Part shown: one piece after another, positions 1-8,267 of the stretch
Numbering within the stretch: position 1 is the stretch's first letter
Layout of the letters: every line of letters starts with the position of its first letter
Assembly: GCA_034722055.1 (NCBI GenBank)
Contig: JAYENL010000150.1
Span: 1 to 34,689, forward strand
From: Armatimonadota bacterium
GTDB lineage: Bacteria > Armatimonadota > Zipacnadia > Zipacnadales > UBA5352
Length of the DNA stretch: 34,689 nucleotides
Direction: 5' to 3'
The notes under the pieces: generated by a model
Seen by the model: only the letters and a program-made list of their open reading frames with translations
The model's database searches: none
Told to the model about the DNA's origin: nothing
Program-made: the position numbers and the translations under genes

Positions 1-36
1 GCACCGGCGGCGGACGAGCCGGAGGCCGAAGAGTAA
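1..36 (+). CDS. 3' end of an upstream gene (acidic tail APAADEPEAEE*); possibly ribosomal protein S6 given the downstream ssb
   Basis: Frame 1 reads APAADEPEAEE then TAA at 34-36. The rpsF idea rests only on synteny and the acidic tail. Confidence 0.4.
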   Translation, partial: APAADEPEAEE

Positions 37-91
37 CGCGCCGCGCGGCCCGCCCGGGCGGCCGGCGGCGATCAGATACCCGGTACCGAAC

Positions 92-119
92 CAGCGGAGG
101 GCTCCGGAGCCCTCCGCTG
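92..119. terminator. Perfect 28-bp palindrome; possible terminator or protein-binding site
   Basis: cagcggagggctccggagccctccgctg is its own reverse complement. It is followed only by a weak T-tract (tgcctt). Confidence 0.35.
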
Positions 120-400
120 TGCCTTAATCGGACACAGGGTGCGGCAGAAGGGTGGGGGCCCGTGGGAGCGAGCCGGAGCTGGGTGGCTATCGCTTCGGCC
201 TCTGCCGGCCCCGCCGGTGGGCGGGCCGCCGGCAGGTGTACATTGGCAGCCGGAGTCGCTGAGAACGTTGCAGGGCGCAGGGGGGAAAGGCACGAAGTGG
301 CAGGTGCGAGCTGGAGCGACCGGGCGGTCTGCCCGCGGCAGCTTCGGGCAGCAGGCGCCGCCGCTAATGTAAGCCATGTCGTCAGGGAGGCGCGAGGCAA

Positions 401-919
401 GTGATCAACAACGTGGTGCTGGTTGGCAGACTCGGGAACGACCCGGAGCTGACCTACACGCAATCGGGGACGGCCATCGCCAAGTTCCGCCTGGCGGTCG
501 ACCGCCCCCCGCGGCGGGACTCCGACCAGGAGGAGACCGACTGGCTGAACATCGTGACCTTCGGGCGGCAGGCCGAGACCTGCGCCCAGTACCTGGACAC
601 GGGGGCGCTGGTGGGCGTCGAGGGCCGCGTCCAGTCCAGGACCTGGGAGCGCCAGGACGGCACGCGGGCCTACGCGGTGGAGATTAACGCCTTTCGCGTG
701 GCATTCCTGGAGAGCCGTCAGAGGGCGGAGGAGCGCCGACAGCAGGTGGGCGCCGGCGCCCCAGCAGGCCAGCAAGGGCCACCACAGGGGCAGCCGCAGG
801 CCCAGCAGGCCCCGCCGCCGCCGCAGCGCCAGCAGCAGCCGCAGCCCTCGCAGCCGCAGCCGGGCCCTGAGGGCGACTGGGCCATGGACGAGGACGAGGA
901 CCCCTTCGGCGATCAGTAG
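401..919 (+). CDS. ssb: Single-stranded DNA-binding protein
   Basis: N-terminal NNVVLVGRLGNDPEL OB-fold, VGVEGRVQSRTWE, Q/P-rich linker and acidic tail DEDEDPF; GTG start with purine-rich RBS-like sequence upstream. Confidence 0.97.
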   Translation: MINNVVLVGRLGNDPELTYTQSGTAIAKFRLAVDRPPRRDSDQEETDWLNIVTFGRQAETCAQYLDTGALVGVEGRVQSRTWERQDGTRAYAVEINAFRVAFLESRQRAEERRQQVGAGAPAGQQGPPQGQPQAQQAPPPPQRQQQPQPSQPQPGPEGDWAMDEDEDPFGDQ

Positions 920-946
920 CCCTCAGGACGGGAGGCGTGGCTCCAG

Positions 947-1936
947 ATGGCCGGCGACAGCACGGTGGCGGCGGGAGTTGACCTTGGCGGAACAACCTTC
1001 AGCGTGGGGCTGGTGAACCCCGACGGCGACCTCCTCGCCGAGCAGTCCTACGACACGCCGCGGTCGGAGGATGAGCCGCTGGCGCTGGCGGCGGTCGCCT
1101 CGGCGGTCGGCGGGCTCATGGAGCAGGCCACCGTCACGCCCGACCAGGTGGTGGGGGTGGGCGTGGGCATCCCCGGCCCCGTGGACCCGGAGGCCGGGCT
1201 CATCAAGCAGGCGCCAAACCTCCACGAGCTCGATGGCACCAACGCCGTACAGACCATCGCCGGGGAGCTGTCCTTCGAGGCCCCGGTCTTCATCGGCAAC
1301 GACGCCTTCTGCGCCACCCTGGCCGAGCTGCGCTGGGGAGCGGGGCGGGATGCCGACAACCTGGTGATGTTCACGCTGGGCACCGGCGTGGGCGGCGGCA
1401 TCGCCCTGGACAATCAGGTGCGGCGCGGCCCGCGGCAGATCATGGGCGAGGTGGGCCACATCATCGTGGAGCCGGGCGGGCGGCGCTGCGGGTGCGGCAA
1501 CCACGGCTGCCTGGAGGCCATGGTGGGGCGTGACGGCATGGTGGATCAGGCGGTGCGGCTTCTGGAGCAGGGCCTCTTCAGCCTCCTCGGCGAGCGGGGC
1601 GGCCCCAGGCACGAGAAGCTGACCCCGAAGATGATCGCTGAGGCCGCGCAGGAGGGCGATGGCGTGGCCGTACAGGTCATGAACACCACCGGCCACTACC
1701 TGGGAATCGCGCTGTGCAACTGCATCGTCACCACCGACCCGGATCTTATCGTGCTGGGAGGGGGCATCGCGGCGGCCGGGGATGTGCTCTTCGAACCCAT
1801 CCGCCGCACAGTGCGCCACCGAAGCATGATCAGCGGCTTTGACGTGAGTAAGATCGTCCCGGCGGAGCTTGGCAACCAGGCGGGGATGTACGGCGCGGCG
1901 GCGCTGGTGCTGGACGCCCTGGACTGGAGCGCGTAG
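947..1936 (+). CDS. glk: ROK family sugar kinase (glucokinase-like)
   Basis: GVDLGGT ATP loop, GVGIPGPVD, NDA, TLGTGVGGG, GEVGH, CGCGNHGCLE zinc motif, LGGGIA; no HTH. Confidence 0.9.
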   Translation: MAGDSTVAAGVDLGGTTFSVGLVNPDGDLLAEQSYDTPRSEDEPLALAAVASAVGGLMEQATVTPDQVVGVGVGIPGPVDPEAGLIKQAPNLHELDGTNAVQTIAGELSFEAPVFIGNDAFCATLAELRWGAGRDADNLVMFTLGTGVGGGIALDNQVRRGPRQIMGEVGHIIVEPGGRRCGCGNHGCLEAMVGRDGMVDQAVRLLEQGLFSLLGERGGPRHEKLTPKMIAEAAQEGDGVAVQVMNTTGHYLGIALCNCIVTTDPDLIVLGGGIAAAGDVLFEPIRRTVRHRSMISGFDVSKIVPAELGNQAGMYGAAALVLDALDWSA

Positions 1937-1939
1937 GGG

Positions 1940-1986
1940 TTGTATTTCGCACCCGATGTGGGTATAATTGTACCCGATATGAGTGC
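1940..1986 (+). promoter_or_regulatory. Sigma70-type promoter overlapped by a palindromic operator for the MNT-HEPN pair
   Basis: TTGTAT (1940-1945), 17-bp spacer, TATAAT (1963-1968). The near-palindrome gggtataattgtaccc covers the -10, and ACCCGAT occurs on both sides of it. Confidence 0.8.
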
Positions 1987-2617
1987 GAGGGCGGAAGAGG
2001 TCACGACGAGGATCGGCTCCGCGCTGTTCGGCGCGACCCGCAGGCGGGTGCTGGGGCTGCTGTTCCGCGAGTCCGAGCGCGACTTCTACCAGCGCGAGAT
2101 TGTGGAGGCAGTCGGCTGTGGGTCCGGAGCGGTGCAGCGCGAGCTGAAGCAGCTCGCCGGGGCCGGGCTGATTACGCGCGAGGCGCGCGGTCGAATGGTC
2201 TTCTACCAGGCCAACCGCCAGTGCCCGGTCTTCGAGGAGCTGCGCGGGCTGGTGATGAAGACCAGCGGCCTGGCCGACGTCCTGCGGCAGGCGCTGCAAC
2301 CCGATGCCGATCGGATCCGTGTGGCCTTCATCTTCGGCTCGATGGCCGACGGGACGGATGATGCGCTCAGCGACGTGGACGTGATGATCATCGGGGAGCT
2401 GACGCGATGGGATCGTGCTGGATCTTGGGTGGATGCGCAGTCGGCGTTGAACCGTGAGATCAACTCGGTGATCTGGTCGGAACAACAGTTCCGCCAGAAA
2501 CTGGCGGCTGGGGAGCACTTCGTCACCGCGGTCATGCGGGGGCCGAAGGTCTTCCTGATCGGGGATGAGCATGAGCTTCGACGAGTTGCTGCGAGCGAGG
2601 CGCCTGCGCCCACATGA
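1979..2617 (+). CDS. ArsR-like wHTH fused to a minimal nucleotidyltransferase (MNT antitoxin)
   Basis: N-terminal HTH (RRVLGLLF...FYQREIVEAVGCGSGAVQRELKQL) and MNT motif FGS-x10-DVD. The ATG at 1979 lies just downstream of TATAAT; the ORF track's TTG start at 1940 is the -35 box. Confidence 0.88.
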   Translation: MSARAEEVTTRIGSALFGATRRRVLGLLFRESERDFYQREIVEAVGCGSGAVQRELKQLAGAGLITREARGRMVFYQANRQCPVFEELRGLVMKTSGLADVLRQALQPDADRIRVAFIFGSMADGTDDALSDVDVMIIGELTRWDRAGSWVDAQSALNREINSVIWSEQQFRQKLAAGEHFVTAVMRGPKVFLIGDEHELRRVAASEAPAPT

Positions 2618-3032
2618 GACCACACCCGAAGAGATCGCGGCCCTGTTTGCCAGAGCCCGCCGGGATCACCGCCACGCACGGGTAAGTACCGACTCGGAGG
2701 ATTGGCGCTTCATCGCGGGATACAGCGCGGCTTTGTCTCTGGCGACGATTCCAATGGTTGCTTCGGGGTACCGCGCATCTGGCCCCGGGCATCACGTCAC
2801 AGTGATCACGGCACTGCCCGCAAGTCTGGGGTCTGAGGCACAGGAATTGACCAGATACCTCAATGAGTGCCGCGAGGTACGGAATCAGGCCCTTTACGAG
2901 AAGCCTGGCCTTGCGACGAAGGACCAGGTTGAGAATCTCCTGTCGGCCGTTGAGGAACTGCGCGCGCGAGTTCTGGCGTGGCTGGAGGAGAATCGTCCAG
3001 AGCTCCTGCCAGACGTGGCGGACGACGCGTAG
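2565..3032 (+). CDS. HEPN domain protein (putative toxin partner of MNT)
   Basis: All-helical ~155 aa with GYSAAL, GHH and RNQALY (HEPN Rx4-6H/Y-type motif). Overlaps the MNT gene; the start may be 2565 or 2571. Confidence 0.75.
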   Translation: MSMSFDELLRARRLRPHETTPEEIAALFARARRDHRHARVSTDSEDWRFIAGYSAALSLATIPMVASGYRASGPGHHVTVITALPASLGSEAQELTRYLNECREVRNQALYEKPGLATKDQVENLLSAVEELRARVLAWLEENRPELLPDVADDA

Positions 3033-3313
3033 CTGCGCACAAAGCGGCCAGGGCGAGCGTCAGCAGAGACGATGGTACTCAAGTGCTGGGGCTGCCAGGC
3101 TTCCAAGGCAGCGGCAGCGGTAATCCTCGTACGCACAGTTGTGATGATCATTAGGAGTGCAGTAGTTCCGACGTTTTGGTGCCACATTGACATCCTGCTT
3201 CTTGGGTTATTCGACATCTTCGGGCGGCCGTGGCAAACGTTCCGCTGGCTGCCTTACTCGTACGCTGGCCAGCAGGCGCTTGGAAAGGCCGGGCTGGCTA
3301 CGAGGCGCGGACC

Positions 3314-6300
3314 ATGATCAGAGAGATATCAGCCGGACTACATGAGAGGCTTGAGGCGTCGGAGGAGTTCGCGAGTCTGGCCGAGCACGTCGGTGCCGGG
3401 ATGCCGGTGGCGGCGAGCGGAGTCAGCGGCGCGGGCTCGGCGCTGCTGATCGCCGGGCTCTCGGCCGGTGGTGGCACCACGCTGGTGGTGACCTACAGCG
3501 ACGAACGGGCCCGGCGCATGGCTGATGACCTCCGGGAGCTGCTGGGCGACGACGCCGACAGCCCGGCGGAGGCCGAGGTGCTGGTCTACCCCTCCATCGC
3601 CTCCGCGCTCTACGACGGTGTGACCCCCGACCGTGGCGAGGTCGCCGACCGGCTGACGGTGCTGGAGCGCCTCAGCGCCGGTCACGAGATCATCGTTGTG
3701 TCCTCCGTCCAGGCGCTGATGCTGCAGACCATCCCCAGGGAGGCCATGGACGAGGCCCGCCGGGAGGTGGCCGTGGGGGACAGCATCGACCGCGACGGCC
3801 TGGCCCGGGCGCTCATGGACCTGGGCTACGAGCGGGTTGACCTGGTCGATGACGTGGGCCAGTTCTCGGTGCGTGGCGGGATCATCGACGTCTCCCCTCC
3901 CACCATGCCGGCGCCGGTGCGCATCGAGCTGTTCGGCGACGAGGTGGACTCCATCCGTCTCTTCAGCGCCGAGACCCAGGTGTCGCTGCGGGAGATCGAG
4001 CGGGCCGGCATCGGGCCGGCGGGCGAGATCCTGCTGACCGAGGACGCCGCGGCGCGGGCCCTGCCGCTGGTCAAGCGGGCCTTCCGGCGAGAGCTGGACC
4101 GGCTGGGAGAGGCGGGGAAGAAGCGAGAGGTCGAGCGCCTCCGCGAGCGCCGCGATGAGGACCTGAAGCTGCTGGAGGATCTGCGACCCGCGGAGTCGCT
4201 GGTGCACTACCTGCCCTACGTCTACGCCGAGCGGGCCACGCTCGGCGACTACCTGCCTGATGAGTGCCTGGTGGTCGTGGATGAGCCGGTGCGCGTCGCC
4301 TCCCACGGCGAGGGCTTCTACTCCGACGTGCAGGACAGCTATCGGTCAGGCGTGAAGCTGGGCCGACACCTCCGCCTGCCCGAGACGGCCTGCATCCCCT
4401 TCGAGCAGCTCGCCGCCCAGCACCTGTCAGTGCACCCGCAGCTTGAGGGCAGGCGGCGGGTGGTGTACCTGGGCATGCTGCACCGGGAGGTACCCTGGAA
4501 CGCGGAGGCCGAGACACTACCGTTCTCTACCCCACCCGTGGACAGCTTCGGGGGCAAGTTCGACCTGCTGGTGGAGGGCATCCAGCAGTGGCAGCGCGAC
4601 GGTCAGCATCTGCTGATCTGCTCCGGGGAGCCGGACCGGGCCGCCGATGCCCTCAAGGGCCGGGGCGTGGATGACGTGGCGGTCGGCAACGGGCAGGTGG
4701 AGCTGGAGCGGGGAGCGGTGAAGGTGGCGCCGCTGGAGCTCTCGGGCGGCTTCAAGCTGCCCTCCGCGGACCTGGTGGTGATGACCGGCGCCGAGATCTA
4801 CGGGTGGCGGAAGGTCCGCCAGCCCAAGGAGAGCCGCTACCGCCGGGGCTTCTCGCTGACGTCCCTGCAGGAGCTGGACGAGGGCGACCTGGTGGTGCAT
4901 ATCAACCACGGAATCGGTCGATACACCGGGCTGTCGCAGCAGACCATCGGGGAGATGGAGCGCGACTACCTGGTGATCGAGTACTCCGGCGGCGACCGCA
5001 TCTACGTCCCGGTCACCCAGCTCGATCGGGTGCAGCGCTACGTGGGGCCCGACGGCGGCCAGGCCCCCATCGACACCCTCAACGGCAAGCGATGGGAGAA
5101 GGCCAAGAAGAGGGCGCGGACGTCCACGCGCCGGCTGGCGCGGGAGCTCATGAAGCTGTACCGGGGGCGGGAGCGAGCGACGGGCTACGCCTTCGAGGAG
5201 GACTCTCCGTGGCTGAAGGAGCTGGAGGCCTCCTTCCGCTATGAGGAGACGCCCGGGCAGTGGCAGGCGATCAAGGACGTCAAGCGGGACATGCAGCAGC
5301 CCCGCCCGGCGGACCGCCTGGTCTGCGGGGACGTGGGCTTCGGCAAGACGGAGGTGGCCATCCGCGCGGCCTTCAAGGCCGTCCTGGACGGCAAGCAGGT
5401 GGCGGTGCTGTGCCCCACCACGGTCCTGGCCCACCAGCACCTCAACAGCTTTCGGGAGCGGCTGGGGCGCTATCCGGTGGAGCTCCGCATGCTCAGCCGC
5501 TTCCGCAGCAGCGCCGAGCAGCGCAAGATCATCCAGGCGCTGAAGGCGGGGAGGGCTGACATCGTCATCGGCACCCACCGGCTGCTGAGCTCGGACGTGG
5601 GCTTCAAGGACCTGGGGCTGCTGATTGTGGATGAGGAGCAGCGCTTCGGGGTGGAGCAGAAGGAGCGGCTGAAGAAGCTGCGAACCACCGTGGACGTGAT
5701 GACGCTGACGGCCACGCCCATCCCGCGCACGCTGAACATGGCGCTGTCGGGGATCCGCGACATCTCGGTCATCAACGACCCGCCGGCCGGGCGGCTGCCC
5801 ATCCGCACCTTCGTGCGGGAGCGCGACGAGGACCTGATTCGCGAGGCCATCCTCCGCGAGGCCGAGCGCGACGGCCAGGTCTACTTCGTGCACAATCGGG
5901 TGCACTCTATCTCCCACGTGGCGGCGGCCGTGCAGCGGCTGGTGCCGGAGGTGGACGTGGCCGTGGCGCACGGGCAGATGGACGAGGACGAGCTGGAGCA
6001 GGTGATGATGGCCTTCTACGGCGAGGAGTTCGACGTGCTGGTGTGCACCACCATCATCGAGAACGGCCTGGACGTGCCCAACGCCAACACCATCATCGTC
6101 GATGACGCCGACAGGCTGGGCCTGGCGCAGCTCTACCAGCTCCGCGGTCGCGTGGGCCGCTCCAACCGGCAGGCCTACGCCTATCTGCTCTACACCTATC
6201 CCGAGCGCATGACCGAGGAGGCCGAGGAGCGGCTGAAGGCCATCGAGGAGTTCAGCGAGCTGGGCAGCGGCTTCAAGGTGGCACTGCGGGATCTGGAGAT

Positions 6301-6961
6301 CCGGGGCGCGGGCGACATCCTGGGCGCGGAGCAGAGCGGGCACGTCTCCGCCGTGGGACTGGACCTCTACGCCCAGATGCTGGCGGACTCGGTGAGAGCC
6401 CTCAAGGGCGAGATGGTGGGCGACGAGGAGGAGAGCCACCCCTCGCTGGACCTGCCGCTGGAGGCGGTGATCCCGGCCGACTACGTGCCCGGCGAGAGGC
6501 AGCGGATATCCCTCTACCGGCGCCTCTCGTCGCTGTGGGACGTCGAGGAGATCGACGCTCTCGCGGGGGAGATCGTGGACCGCTACGGGCCCATGCCGCA
6601 GCCGGTGGAGAATCTCATCGAGATCGCGCGCCTCCGCGTGGCCTGCCGCGAGGTGGGGATCGTGGACGCCCGCGCCAGGACCGGCAGGATCCACGTGCGT
6701 CTGAGCAAGCAGGTGGCGCTGAGCCGCCGCGAGCGGCTGATCCTCACGGAGCTGTACCGCGAGACCGTCAAGGGCAAGCGCCGCAGCGAGACGCCGGCCC
6801 TGCGCAGGCCCACCTTCGAGGCCACCACCATCACCTTCGCCTACAGCGCGAAGCGACCGCAGGCGGTGCTGGCGGGGCTGAGGGAGATCATCTCGCGGCT
6901 GCGAGACCGCATGCAGCAGGGACAGCAGCGAGGGCGCCAGCCCGTAGGTGATACGGTATGA
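3314..6961 (+). CDS. mfd: Transcription-repair coupling factor Mfd
   Basis: UvrB-like N-terminus (FSVRGGIIDV), CarD/RID domain (VVHINHGIGRY), Walker A GDVGFGKTEV, DEEQRFG, TATPIPRT, QLRGRVGR, TRG motif RDLEIRGAG. ATG at 3314 chosen over the GTG at 3230. Confidence 0.97.
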   Translation: MIREISAGLHERLEASEEFASLAEHVGAGMPVAASGVSGAGSALLIAGLSAGGGTTLVVTYSDERARRMADDLRELLGDDADSPAEAEVLVYPSIASALYDGVTPDRGEVADRLTVLERLSAGHEIIVVSSVQALMLQTIPREAMDEARREVAVGDSIDRDGLARALMDLGYERVDLVDDVGQFSVRGGIIDVSPPTMPAPVRIELFGDEVDSIRLFSAETQVSLREIERAGIGPAGEILLTEDAAARALPLVKRAFRRELDRLGEAGKKREVERLRERRDEDLKLLEDLRPAESLVHYLPYVYAERATLGDYLPDECLVVVDEPVRVASHGEGFYSDVQDSYRSGVKLGRHLRLPETACIPFEQLAAQHLSVHPQLEGRRRVVYLGMLHREVPWNAEAETLPFSTPPVDSFGGKFDLLVEGIQQWQRDGQHLLICSGEPDRAADALKGRGVDDVAVGNGQVELERGAVKVAPLELSGGFKLPSADLVVMTGAEIYGWRKVRQPKESRYRRGFSLTSLQELDEGDLVVHINHGIGRYTGLSQQTIGEMERDYLVIEYSGGDRIYVPVTQLDRVQRYVGPDGGQAPIDTLNGKRWEKAKKRARTSTRRLARELMKLYRGRERATGYAFEEDSPWLKELEASFRYEETPGQWQAIKDVKRDMQQPRPADRLVCGDVGFGKTEVAIRAAFKAVLDGKQVAVLCPTTVLAHQHLNSFRERLGRYPVELRMLSRFRSSAEQRKIIQALKAGRADIVIGTHRLLSSDVGFKDLGLLIVDEEQRFGVEQKERLKKLRTTVDVMTLTATPIPRTLNMALSGIRDISVINDPPAGRLPIRTFVRERDEDLIREAILREAERDGQVYFVHNRVHSISHVAAAVQRLVPEVDVAVAHGQMDEDELEQVMMAFYGEEFDVLVCTTIIENGLDVPNANTIIVDDADRLGLAQLYQLRGRVGRSNRQAYAYLLYTYPERMTEEAEERLKAIEEFSELGSGFKVALRDLEIRGAGDILGAEQSGHVSAVGLDLYAQMLADSVRALKGEMVGDEEESHPSLDLPLEAVIPADYVPGERQRISLYRRLSSLWDVEEIDALAGEIVDRYGPMPQPVENLIEIARLRVACREVGIVDARARTGRIHVRLSKQVALSRRERLILTELYRETVKGKRRSETPALRRPTFEATTITFAYSAKRPQAVLAGLREIISRLRDRMQQGQQRGRQPVGDTV

Positions 6962-8007
6962 GTGATGATGACAGCACGCGCGACCAGGAGGTCGATCTGG
7001 AGGTCGGGGTCAGCTTCAGGCACAACCCCAAGGTCTACTCGTTCGCATCCTCCGGCTATCGATTGAGCATCGGCGACAAGGTCTTGGTGCACACCGAGAA
7101 GGGTGTGGACATCGGTGAGGTGCGGGAGATCAGGGGGCGGATTCCCCCCGAGCGCGCCGAGGAGCTGATGCCGGTGGTGCGCAAGGCCACGCCCGATGAC
7201 CTGGAGCATGTGACCGAACAGGAGCGGCGCGAGGAGCAGGCGCTGAAGATCTGCGCCGAGAAGATCGAGGAGCACGGCCTGCCCATGAAGCTTATCGAGG
7301 CCTCGCTGAGCTTCGACAACACCCGGCTGGTGTTCTTCTTCAGCGCCGACGGGCGGGTGGACTTCCGGGAGCTGGTGCGCGATCTGGCGAAGACCTTCCG
7401 GATGCGCATCGAGCTGCGGCAGATCGGGGTGCGCGATGAGGCCAAGCTGCTGGGGGGGCTGGGGCCGTGCGGCCGGCGCCTGTGCTGCAAGACCTTCATG
7501 CGCGACTTCGAGCCGGTGGGCATTCGGGTCGCCAAGGACCAGGACCTGGCCCTCAATCCCAACAAGATCAGCGGCCTGTGCGATCGGCTGATGTGCTGCC
7601 TGCTGTTCGAGCGTGACACCTACCTTGAGCTGACGGAGAAGCTGCCTGAGAAGGGCGACCGGGTGAGGACCGCGCAAGGCGCGGGCACCGTCAGGGACGT
7701 GGCGGTGCTGAAAGAGCAGTTGACGGTGGAGCTGGAGGGCGGCAGCGAGGTGACGGTGCCGGCCAGTGAGGTGGAGCCGTGTGAGGGGGACTCGCCCGGC
7801 GGTGACGCCGATAGCGGCGCCCGGAGGCAGTCTGATGCCAAGGGCCGGCAGTCTGGCGAGGAGAAGGGTGGCCGGAGCGGCAGCCGCGAGGCCCGCACCG
7901 GCGGGGATGGGGGAGGCGGAGGGGCGAGGAGAGGGCGGTCGTCGCGCGGGGGCGGCAGGCGCCGGTCGGGGTCCAATGGCGGCCGCCATGACGGAGGCAG
8001 GAGCTGA
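6958..8007 (+). CDS. ricT: PSP1 C-terminal domain protein (RicT/YaaT family) with a Gly/Arg-rich tail
   Basis: FSADGRVDFRELVRDLA, RIELRQIGVRDEA, GPCGRRLCC, KISGLCDRLMCCL; ATGA overlap with mfd. Confidence 0.9.
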   Translation: MSDDDSTRDQEVDLEVGVSFRHNPKVYSFASSGYRLSIGDKVLVHTEKGVDIGEVREIRGRIPPERAEELMPVVRKATPDDLEHVTEQERREEQALKICAEKIEEHGLPMKLIEASLSFDNTRLVFFFSADGRVDFRELVRDLAKTFRMRIELRQIGVRDEAKLLGGLGPCGRRLCCKTFMRDFEPVGIRVAKDQDLALNPNKISGLCDRLMCCLLFERDTYLELTEKLPEKGDRVRTAQGAGTVRDVAVLKEQLTVELEGGSEVTVPASEVEPCEGDSPGGDADSGARRQSDAKGRQSGEEKGGRSGSREARTGGDGGGGGARRGRSSRGGGRRRSGSNGGRHDGGRS

Positions 8008-8008
8008 T

Positions 8009-8239
8009 ATGCCCATATACGAGTACCAGTGCGGGTCGTGCGGCACGCAGTTCGAGCTGCTGGTGAGCCGGGCGCGCAAGAGCGCCAGCCCCCCGTGCGA
8101 GGAGTGCGGCAGCGAGGACACCGAGCGCGTGATGTCAGGGTTCTTCGGCCGCGGCGCGTCGGAGGACGGGGAGCGCTCCGCGGTGGGCTCGGCGTGCACG
8201 AGCTGCACCGCCTCGAGCTGTGCCGGATGCAGGCTGTAG
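8009..8239 (+). CDS. FmdB family zinc-ribbon regulatory protein
   Basis: MPIYEYQCGSCG...FE...CEECGS...RVMS plus a C-terminal CxxCxxxxCxxC; GGAG RBS; starts 1 nt after the ricT stop. Confidence 0.9.
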   Translation: MPIYEYQCGSCGTQFELLVSRARKSASPPCEECGSEDTERVMSGFFGRGASEDGERSAVGSACTSCTASSCAGCRL

Positions 8240-8267
8240 CGCGTATCCCAGGTGAAGAGAGGAAGCC

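Noticed and set aside
2894..3317. Short ORFs 3072-3317 (+) and 2894-3217 (-)
   Set aside because: No motifs, poor codon pattern, and overlap with HEPN or mfd.
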